From positions 112,902,001-112,966,000 of the forward strand of contig OX597821.1 of assembly GCA_951406725.2 (NCBI GenBank): 64,000 nucleotides of DNA, written 5' to 3'. Origin of the DNA: Octopus vulgaris (taxonomy: Eukaryota). How positions within the stretch are numbered: the stretch's first letter is position 1; every line of letters starts with the position of its first letter. Positions 53,538 to 64,000 of this stretch are shown piece after piece. The translations under genes were made by a program, and so were the position numbers. A model generated the notes under the pieces. It saw only the letters and a list, made by a program, of their open reading frames with translations. It was not told where the DNA came from and ran no database searches.

Positions 53538-53985
53538 TCATCATCATCATCATCAGCTTTTAACGTCCGCTTTCCATGCTGGCATGGGTTGGACGGTTTG
53601 ACTGGCGACTGGCAAGCCAGAAGGCTGTACTAGGATCCAATCAACCATCTGATTGGCACCTATGCCAGTGGCACATTAAAAGCACCATTCAAATGTGATC
53701 ATTGCCAGTGCTGCCTGACTGGCACCTGTGCCGGTGACACGTAAAAAGCACCATTCAAGCGTGGTCGATGCCAGTACTACCTGACTGGCCCTTGTGCCAG
53801 TGGCACATAAAAAGCACCCACTACACTCTCAGAGTGGTTGGCGTTAGTAAGGGCATCCAGCTGTAGAAACTTTGCCAGATCAGACTGGAGCATGGTGCAG
53901 CCTTCTGGCTTGCCAGCCACCAGTCAAACCATCCAACCCATGCCAGCATGGAAAACAGACGTCAAACAACAATGCTGATGATGAT
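53538..53985. mobile_element. RTE-tailed SINE (family E) pieces in opposite orientations
   Basis: Internal GTGCC(A/G)GTG(G/A)CAC(A/G)TAAAA repeats; tail TCCAACCCATGC(C/T)AGCATGGAAA...GATGAT. Further copies at 56302-56612, 59700-59757, 60660-61045. Confidence 0.75.
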
Positions 53986-54008
53986 ATGAGGACAATATAT
54001 ATATATAC

Positions 54009-54052
<44 letters not shown>

Positions 54053-56039
54053 CCCCTTCGGTCATGAATGACCATGGGATTGCACCTAGAAAGTTACCCT
54101 CCAACGCACAAGTCTGGGCAAGGTTCTTTATGGAAAACCAGATGTCGCCCATGCATACCAGCCTCCCCTCACCACGCCACACTAGTAACATCGCAGCTCA
54201 TTTATTAACGTGCAAGTGGCTGAGCACTCCACAGACACGTGTACCCTTAACGTAGTTCTCGGGGAGATTCAGCGAGACACAGAGTGTGACAAGGCTGGCC
54301 CCTTTGAAATACAGGTTTGCCACACCCACCTGCCATACCAACCCTGCCGGAGCCTCATGGAGCTTTAGGTGTTTTCGCTCAATAAAAACTCACAATGCCT
54401 TGTATGGGAATTGAAACGGTGATCCTACAACCACGAGTCTGCTGCCCTAACCACTGGGCCATTGCACCTCCACACACACACATATATATAGCATCATCAT
54501 TCTTTTGTTTCTTCATTCAACGTCCATTTTCCATACTGGCATGGGTTGGACAGTTTGAAAGGATCAGGAAAGCTACAGAGCTGCATCAGGCCCCAATGTC
54601 TACACTGACAAGGTTTCTATGGCAGGATGCCCTTCCTAACAACAACTGCTTCCCAATGCATAGAAGGGGCTTCTTTCATGGCATCAGCACTATGACTTAT
54701 TTACCAAATAAGTCATAAGACAATGTAAAGAGAGGAAAAGGGAGAAAGAAAAAGCCCCCTTGACTGAGTGTATATGAGAGAGTGGGAGGTGGCCATATGT
54801 TGTTGTTTGTTCCTTCTCGAGCCATGCCTGGCTCATAAGGGCCAGTTTCCCGGTTTCATCGGCACATAGGTTCCCCACCTGGCCGGGACGCCAGTCCGTT
54901 GCAGGTGAGCTGCAAGATGCAGGAGGAAAGAGTGAGAGAAAGGTTCGCCATTACCTTCTGCCAGAGCCGCATGGAGCTTAGGTGTTTTGCTCATAAACAC
55001 ACACATCGCCCAGTCTGAGATTCGAACCCATGATCCCTCGACTGCGAGTCTGCTGCTCTAACCACTAGGCCATGTGCCTCCACACAGGTGGCCTTATGCC
55101 AGGGGCTGAAGGCTAGAGTATGGTGGGAGGAGAGGTACAAATGTGTTGTTGTAAAGGAGCTACGTGACTTGCCCATTCCCTACATTCTGCAAAGGTGGGT
55201 GAGAGTAACAGGAAGGCAGATTAGGAAAGAGGTTGCTGAGAGCCAGAGAGAACTCTTACATTCACAAGGGGGTGAGTTATAAGGGAGTTATAAGAGGCTG
55301 TGGATGGAGGACTATGATAAATAGTAGGGGGCTGAGGACTGAACCTTAGTGGACCCCTACATGTACTCTTTGCCTAACCTCACCTTACTGACAGTCTCAG
55401 AGGAAACTAACATTAATTCTGGAGGATCCTTGGTGGACATGTCAAATGGGTACCTAACCCCTTTTTTTCTTTTTTTTTTTCTTTAAGGAAAGAACTCAGT
55501 TTTGCCAGAAGAAAAATAAGAACTTTTCAAATTTTAATTTATTTTTTAACTTTATTTTAAAAGAATTTATTATTTGGTGGGGAACAGTGAGCAAGTTGGG
55601 GTCACTTTCTATGTTTCAAAACCGGAAGATTACAATTCTGAAAAAAAAAAATTTCCTTTTTGTTTTTTTGTTTTTTTTAATAAGAGTTTTTTTTTAAATT
55701 TTGTTCTCAGAATATCAACATTTGTTGTTTTCATAAATATTCCGCTTTCAATTTCTGACAATAAATTGAAGGAATGCTCTGTGTGTCTGTGTGTCCGTGT
55801 GTGTGTGTGCGTCTGTGTGTTATCTGTGCTTACACAGATACCATCCTACCCTGCCTCTCACCTCCCTCACCTGGATGGTGAGGTCAACTTTGCCTTTCAT
55901 CTCTTTGAGCGTCAATGAAATAAGTACCAGTTAAATACTAGGGTCAATGTAATTGACTAACCCTAACCCTAACATGCCTCCCCCAAAATCACAGGCCTTG
56001 TGCTTATAGTAGAAAGATTTATCATTGTTGTTGTTGTTC

Positions 56040-56102
56040 TTCTTCTTCTTCTTATTATTATTATTATTTTTATTTTCATTATTATTATTATTTTTATTTT
56101 CA

Positions 56103-56155
<53 letters not shown>

Positions 56156-56221
56156 TTTAATTTTACTATTTTTATTATTATTATTTTATTTTTATCATTA
56201 TTATTATAATTATTATCCTTA

Positions 56222-56256
<35 letters not shown>

Positions 56257-56731
56257 TTATATTATTTTATTTTTATCATTATTATTATTATTATTATTAT
56301 TGTCCGTTGCCAGCGTCGCCTTTCGTGTCCGTTGCCAGCCTCGCCTGGCCCTTGTGCCAGTGGCACATAAAAAGCACCATCCGTTCGTGGCCATTTGCCA
56401 GCTCCGTCTGGCACCTGTGCGGGTGGCACGTAAAAAGCACCCACTACACTCACGGAGTGGTTGGCGTTAGGAAGGGCATCCAGCCATAGAAACACTGCCA
56501 GATTTGACTGGGCCTGATGAAGCCTTCTGGCTTCACAGACCCCAGTAGAACCGTCCAACCCATGCTAGCATGGAAAACGGACGCTAAACGACGATGATGA
56601 TGATGATGATGATTATTATTATTATTATTATTATTAATATTATTTTATTTTTATCATTATCATTATCATTATTTTTATTATTATTATTTTTTTTTTTCAT
56701 TATTATTATTATTATTATTATTTTTATTTTC

Positions 56732-56762
<31 letters not shown>

Positions 56763-56960
56763 TTATTAATATTATTATTATTATTTTTAATTTTACTATT
56801 TTTATTATTATTATTTAATTTTTATCATTATTATTATAATTATTATCATTATTATTATTATTATTATTATTATTTTATTTTTGTCATTATCATTATTATT
56901 ATTATTATTATCATTATTATTATTAATATTATTTTACTTTTATCATTATCATTATCATTA

Positions 56961-56994
<34 letters not shown>

Positions 56995-56995
56995 A
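56040..56995. repeat. (TTA/TCA)n microsatellite interrupted by a family E SINE (56302-56612)
   Basis: Direct inspection. Confidence 0.9.
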
Positions 56996-57280
56996 ATGTG
57001 AAAAACTCAAGATTAAGCTGTGACTAAGCTTCTTATTAAAGTCGGTTGAAAGAGAAGAATTGTTGTAAAAATATTTAATTTACCAAAACCTTTCAATGGT
57101 GTTATTAAAACGAAAGTGTAGCATTTGAATGTCTGTCAATAAATCTACCTCAACATGGTGCTGCCAAAGAATTCTTGCGTTTGGAATAGATGGAAGAAGA
57201 ATATTATATTAAATTATTTCTATGCTGGTGCTTTGCTTATCCAAAAACTGATCAGAAAATGGTTTATTGTTATAGAGAGG

Positions 57281-57321
<41 letters not shown>

Positions 57322-57324
57322 AGC

Positions 57325-57727
57325 TGTTGTTTCAGCTCAGAGCTGTGGCCATGCTGGAGTACCACCGTTTTGCTACACTGTTATTACTGAGATCCTCCTC
57401 TAATATGTGCCACTTAGTGTAGAATGGAGTTTGATGTAGCTACCGTCATTTGCACCTCTTGCTGTGAGATAGGTTCATCTGGGACTCTCAACAGGAAATG
57501 GTCCAGCCTTGATTTAAAAATGCCTACGTCTATTTCGTGCAGGTTCCTCAGGCTCTTTGGAAGAATATTAAAAAGCTGTGGGCCCCTGAAACCCAGGCTG
57601 TTGCAGTACCTGGTCCTGAAGCACGATGGTGTTGCTGGGATCTTTGGCCCTATACAGTGTTGACAAGTTCTGGCATTGGTGTAGCATTCAATATAAAAAT
57701 TTGGCACAATTCCTACCAGGATCTTCT
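57325..57727 (-). mobile_element. 3' fragment of CR1-group LINE
   Basis: YTNARTCQHC...[21 protein letters not shown]...VPDEP plus the CCAGCATGGCCACAGCTCTGAGCTGAAAC tail. Confidence 0.85.
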
Positions 57728-58553
57728 AGGTCTAGTTTTTTTTATTTTTTTATTTTTTTTTTTTTTTTTTTTTCAAAATCGGATCCTCCATAACCAAAAA
57801 CGTGAGATTCCATGAAAAAAAATTAATAAATATCCATTTTACTCGAATTTATGACGGAAAAATCGGATCTTGTGACTTTTCCGAAAGTAACCTCTCCACC
57901 ACCCCAGGGTCGCCAGCATGCATTTTTTGTTTCATATTCGTTTTCCCCATACTTGTTAACACCCACCCACCCACCGGCTGGTTAATTTTTTTTTTTTTGT
58001 TCCCGGGTGAAGGTCTTTATATTGACCGGTTATTCTCTATGGTCAGATGTCCATCCTGTTGCTGAGCAAAGCAATGTCTTCAGATTTGATCTTGCTGAAT
58101 ATTGGGAACAAATATCCATTAATGTCAAAACAAAGGCACACACGCACCACACCACACATACACATACGCACGCATAAAACACACACACACACACAAAGAA
58201 ATTCAGAATTCACGTTTTTGAACATCTTTTGATGTTCCGTTTCTCAATTCTCAAGGAGTAAAGAAGGAGTTATTTCCCCTTCACCTCCTTCAGTAACTGA
58301 ATCGTTTGTCTTTGTGTGTGTGAATATGTGTGTGTATTGATGTATGTGTGTGCGTTTGTGTGTGTGTGTCTGTGCTTGGATGTGTATCGTATATGTAAGT
58401 ATGAGTATGTGTGTACGTGGGTGTGTTTGTGTGTGTGTGAGACTGTGAGTGACTGCTTTCTGTGCGTTTGTGTGTATCTGTTGTTTGTATGCGTGTGACG
58501 TATGTCTATGCGTGCTTGTGTGTGTATGATATGTTAGTATGAGTGTGTGTGTT

Positions 58554-58584
<31 letters not shown>

Positions 58585-58719
58585 AAGTCATTGTTTAGCC
58601 CTAGGCCGTCCCCAATCCAGCTGACATATTTTAATTAATTATGACATGCTTAACAAGATTCCAGGGGTGACCATCCTGCCATTTCACATATAAAATACAC
58701 AAATAAAATTACTACCAAT

Positions 58720-59139
58720 GTTCTTTTCTACTCTAGGCACGAGGCCCGAAATTGGGCGGGGGGGGGGGGGTCGATTCGATTGACCCAGTACGCAACTGGT
58801 ACTCAATTTATCGACCCTGTAAAGATGAAAGACTAAGTCGACCTCAGCGGAATTTGAACCCAAAACGTAAAGACAGACGAAATACTGCTAAATATTTTGC
58901 CCAGTTCTGATGATGATGATGATTTCAAATTTTTGCCATGCGGGCAGCTTGGGTGGTGGTGGGGAGATTAAGTCGATTATATTGATCCCCAGTGTCTCAC
59001 TGGTACTTAATTTATCGACTCCGAAAGAATGAAAGGCAAAGTCGACTTCGGCAGGATTTGAACTCAGAACGTAAAGACAGACAAAATACCTCTAAGCATT
59101 TCACTTGGCGTGCTAACGATTCTGCCATCTCACTGCCTT
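58720..59139 (-). mobile_element. Family A SINE composite with 14-bp TSD
   Basis: AAATTACTACCAAT at 58706-58719 and 59140-59153. Confidence 0.8.
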
Positions 59140-59662
59140 AAATTACTACCAATATTTAAAGAATAATTGGTGCTGTAGCTCTAATGTGTCCCATCTGGGA
59201 CCATCTTAGAATTTACTGCTCATCCTCTACTTTCCACCCCATGGGCCCAGAAGCATATACATGCTTCAACAGCAAACCCAAAGGTGGCACCCTGATAAAA
59301 GTGTCACCTGGAGGAGACCACAAACCCTTAAGTATGCTACTGGGAAGAATGGCATTAATTATTAGCCTCAAGGTTTGGTACAAGGCCAGCAATTTTGGGG
59401 GAAGGGGTGAATTGAATACATCATATATATATATATATACACATATATACTTTTATTCTTTTACTTGTTTTGCCTGTGGCCATGCTGAAGCACTGCCTTT
59501 AGTCAAACAAATAAACAAATCGACTGCAGGAATTATTCTTTGTAAGCCTAGTACCTATTCTATTGGACTCTTTTGCCAAACCACTAAGTTAGAGGGACGT
59601 AAACGCACCAACATCGGTTGTCAAGTGATGGTGGGGGGACAAACACACAGACACAAATACAT

Positions 59663-59698
<36 letters not shown>

Positions 59699-59936
59699 GT
59701 AGTCCAACCCATGCTAGCATGGAGAACGGACGTTAAACGACGATGATGATGATGATGAAGGGCTTCTTTCAGTTTCTGTCTACCAAATACACTTGCAATG
59801 CTTTGAATGGCCCGAGGTTATAGTGGAAGACACTTGCCCAAGGTGCCATGCAGTGGGTCTGAACCTGGAACCATGTGGTTGGAAAGCAAGCTTCTTACCA
59901 CACAGCCATGCCTACATACATACACACACACACACA

Positions 59937-59975
<39 letters not shown>

Positions 59976-60275
59976 GTATGTATGTATGTATGTATGTATG
60001 TATGTAGACAGATATGTAGATAGAGTTTGTGTGTGTGAAAGAGAGAGAGAGAGAATGGGAGGAGTGAGGGAGGAGAGAATGAGAGATTAGCAAGAAAATT
60101 GCTCATAAACCAGTAATGCAAAGAAAGCTGTATTTTCGTACTATTTAGTCTGTTTCAGTTGCACAGACATTGTAGTGACATTGCTGTTCATATAAATACA
60201 GGATATAAATGAGATAAAATACACACACACACACACACACTCAAACACACGTAATATATAAAGGGTAAAGGGTAA

Positions 60276-60608
60276 AGACCCCCTTCGGTCATGAATGACC
60301 ATGGGATTGCACCTAGAAAGTTACCCTCCTAGACACAAGTCTGGGCAAGGTTGTTTTTATGGAAGGCCAGCAGTCGCCCATGCATACCAGCCTCCTCTCT
60401 CAATGCCCCCAGTGTTATCCAAGGGAAAGGCAAAGGCCAATACAGCTTGGCACCTGCGACGTCGCAACTCATTTCTACAGCTGAGTGAACTGGAGCAACG
60501 TGAAATAAAGTGTCTTACTCAAGAACACAACACGCAGCCCGGTCCGGGATTCGAGCTCACAACCTCACGATCGTAAGCTCGACGCTCTAACAACTGAGCC
60601 ATGCGCCT

Positions 60609-60612
<4 letters not shown>
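60276..60612 (-). mobile_element. Family D SINE
   Basis: Reverse complement of 17543-17881. Confidence 0.85.
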
Positions 60613-60661
<49 letters not shown>

Positions 60662-61228
60662 CACCATTCGAGCGTGATCCTTACCAGCATCACACTACTG
60701 GCACTCGAGCCCCGTGCTAGTAGGGTTTTAAGAGCACCATCCGAGCATGATAGAGCGGCTATCTGGCCTCAGTGCCGGTGACATGTAAAAAACATAATAC
60801 GAGCGTGATCGTTACCAGCATCACCCTATAGGCACCTGTGCCGGTGGCATGTGTAAAAGATTCGAGTGAGGTCATTGCCAGTGCCACCTGACTGGCATGT
60901 AAAAGCACCCACTACACTCTCGGAGTTAGGAAGGGCATCCAGATCAAGATTGAAGCCTGGTGCAGCCATCTGGTTTGCCAGCCCTCAGTCACACGTCCAA
61001 CCCATGCTAGCATGGAAAGCAGACGTTAAACGATGATGATGATATATATATATATGTATATATGTATGTATATATGTATATATGTCTTTGGGGTTACCCA
61101 GAGTTTCGTGTTCACAAAGCGCTTAGCTTTACAGCATTTCTTCAGACCCTAGACCTGTTGGCCTATATTTGTTATCTAATTACTCTGCCACTCTATAACT
61201 TAGAGTGTGCTTCTTTATCGGATTTATG

Positions 61229-61280
<52 letters not shown>

Positions 61281-61284
61281 TATA

Positions 61285-62636
61285 TCATCATCATCATCAT
61301 TTAACGTCTGTTGTCCATGCTGGCATGGGTTGGACGGTTTGACCGGGCTGGCATACTGGAAGGCTGCACCAGACTCCAGTCTGATTTGGCATGGTTTTCT
61401 ACAGCTGGATGCCCTTCCTAATGCCAACCACTCCAAGAATGTAATGGGTGCTTTTCATGTGCCACCAGTATGGGGTTCCAGTTATGTGACACCAACATCA
61501 ACCATGACAAGGATTTCACTTGGCTTGAAGGGTCTTCTCAGGCACAGCATATCATCACTAGTCATTGCCTCTGTGAGGCTCTCAGTGTTCAAAGATCATG
61601 CTTCACCACTTCATTCCATGTCTTTCATGTCTACCACAGGTTACCTCCTCAGTTAGAGATTGGCACTTCTTTAAACAGCTGTCCTCATCCATATCACATG
61701 ACCAAACCAGTGCAGTCATCTCTCTTACACACCATATCTGATTCCTTTTATTTCTACCTAACTTTATTCTCAAGATGCTTACACTCTGTCAAACATGCAC
61801 ACTGACATTGCACTTCCAGCGAGGCATACTGGCTTCATTTCTTTCAAGCCTACACATGACCTTGGCTGTCACAGTCCATGTTTTACTGCCATGTAGCATG
61901 GTTGTTTGCACACAGGCATCATACAATCTACCTTTCACTCTCAGAGAGAGGCCCTTTGTTGCCAGCAGAGGTAGGAGCCCTCTGAACTTTGCCCAGCCTA
62001 ATCATATTCTCACACCTATGCTCTGAGAGCATCTTCCTCTGCTACTAACTTGGTTACCTAGGTAACAGAAGCTGTCTATTACCTCTAACTGATTCCTTGG
62101 CAGTTAATGGAGTCATTTTCTGCACATTTTCAGTGTTTATTGTACCTGTTCATCTTCCACATACAAAAGCTAGTTTCCCAGATAAACTTCCTCTTACGTT
62201 GCTGCACTTTTTATGGGTCCAAATCTTATATTGGGTGCATTTTATGGAGTTTTTACCTGTGCCTCTTCTACAGATCAAGCAGAGCCATCTACCTGAAGGT
62301 ATTTGTGATTTGTCTGCCTTCCTACTTACTAAGACTTTGTTTTTGCTAGGTTAATTCTAAGGCCCTTCGATCCTAGACCTTGCTTCCATACCTGGAACTT
62401 CTTCCCTAGTTCAGTTAGTGATTCAGCTATAAGAGCCTGTCTTGCATTCCTCTGTTATTGCCTGGAGTAGGGGTTGAGCGCCAATCCTTGGTGAACCTAC
62501 TTGTGCCCTGAATTCTTCACTGTACTCATTGCCAACCCTCACTTTACTGGTAGCTTCCTTGTATGTAGCTTGTACAGCTCTCACCAACCACTCACCTATC
62601 CCTAGATCCCTAGATCCCTCTTTGACCACCAGATAA
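61285..62636 (-). mobile_element. Degenerate 5'-truncated RTE-clade LINE
   Basis: Broken-frame peptides WLVRAVQATYKEATSKVRVGNEYSEEF and DSFCYLG...KGLSLRVKGRLYDACVQTTMLHGSKTW; 3' end TCCAACCCATGCCAGCATGGA...(GAT)n. Confidence 0.8.
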
Positions 62637-63089
62637 GGAATATATGTGTGTGTGTGTGTGTGTGTATATCTTTTATCTTTTACTTGTGTCAGTCATTAGA
62701 CTGTGGCCATGCTGGAGCAATGCTTTTCAAAATAAATTGATCACAGTTCTTATTTTCTTTTTAAGCCTCATACTTATTTTATTGATTTCTTTTGCCGAAC
62801 TGCTAAGCTATGGAGGACATAAAGCATATCAACACCAGTTATCAAATGGTGGTGGGTGACAAATACAGGCTCAAAGATACACACACACACACACATGATG
62901 GGCTTCTTTCAGATTCTGCCAACCAAATCCACTCACAAGGCTATAGACACTTGCCTTAGGTACCACACTGGGTCTGAACTCAGAACCATATGGTTTGGAT
63001 GCAAGAGGGTTAAGAAAGGGCAGAGCACCCTGTCATGGAAAATTCTCAACAAATTCTACCTGGAAAACCATGGAAAACTGGGCATTAAA

Positions 63090-63312
63090 CAATGATGACG
63101 ATGCTGACGACAACGAGGACAATGACAACGATGATGATGATGGTGATGATGATGATGACAATTGTGATGATGAAGATGATGATGATGACGACGATGGTAA
63201 TGATGAAGATGATGATGATGATGATGACGATGGCAACGATGAAGATGGTGATGATGATGACGGTGACGATGACGACGACGACAATGATGATGATGATGAT
63301 GATGATGATGCA
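63090..63312. repeat. Compound (GAT/GAC)n repeat
   Basis: Direct inspection; interruption pattern shared with 35926-36350. Confidence 0.85.
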
Positions 63313-64000
63313 TTGCTGTTATTATTAAGCTTCATCGGAAATGTCATAAGGTATAAATCTTTCTCGAAAGACATTATCATAATGGAATGTTCCGGCAGTA
63401 ATTCTCTCTGATTTATTGTCACATGTTTATATTGAGTGGTGGTCATGAGTTGGATAATGCACTTAGCGCAAACCCTCACGTTATAAACATCTTAACCAGG
63501 CACAGTCTGTGATGCTAACAAACTATCACTGATGCCAAACTTATGAAATATTGGTAACAAAGCCACACAGTCTGCTAAATGGTCATTGCTTTATCTCCCC
63601 ATCTGTTTAGTGTAACATTCATATTATTCTAACTCACAGAAGAATTTTTCAATAAATTTTCTATCTCTATAAGAAATCTGGGACCGATATTAACAATGGT
63701 TGACAAAGTTTTCGCTTAGTTCTTCCTTTAATCTAATAACTTGAAGAATATTACATTATTCCATTTAAAGAATTATTATTCCATTTCTCAGCATATGCAA
63801 AATTATTTGAAGATTGTTTTGTCCTATCATAAACGAATTTTGGAAATATCTTATTAAAAAGTAGGCTTGTCGGAATAAATGTGCGGCAGTTATTTAATAC
63901 GGTATAAAACAGATATTTGGATAGTTCTATATTCAAACAAAGAAATATCTATGTATTTCATTCAATGAAAATATTCTATGTCTGGTTGTCTTTTGAGCTA

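Noticed and set aside
56514-56540. CTGATGA-AGCC-ttct-GGCT hammerhead-like start
   Set aside because: No GAAA follows; another copy of this SINE (~53892) reads TGGTGCAGCC, so the match is a chance mutation.

Overview
AT-rich, repeat-dense eukaryotic DNA. The repeat repertoire (Nin/Deu-domain SINE, several tRNA-derived SINEs, CR1-group and RTE LINEs, abundant TA/CA/ATC microsatellites) fits an octopus/cephalopod intergenic or intronic region; this taxon call is inference. I can support no host protein-coding gene, and almost all ORFs in the track are microsatellite translations. Real coding sequence is retroelement-derived: two CR1-group LINEs facing tail-to-tail (12.6-15.1 kb +, 17.9-20.1 kb -), an RTE remnant (61.3-62.6 kb) and small fragments. 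The main signal is a set of hammerhead-ribozyme-like motifs in small repeats sitting in (TA)n tracts. (1) Two divergent copies of one family (10311-10371, 17327-17388) carry the three hammerhead strands in a non-circularly permuted, pseudoknotted order, with different but compensating stem sequences. (2) A type I hammerhead with a U3-A8 core lies in the loop of a perfect 134-bp inverted repeat (48319-48698). (3) Two minimal Penelope-type motifs have A6->U. All structures were read by eye and need covariance-model and cleavage tests.
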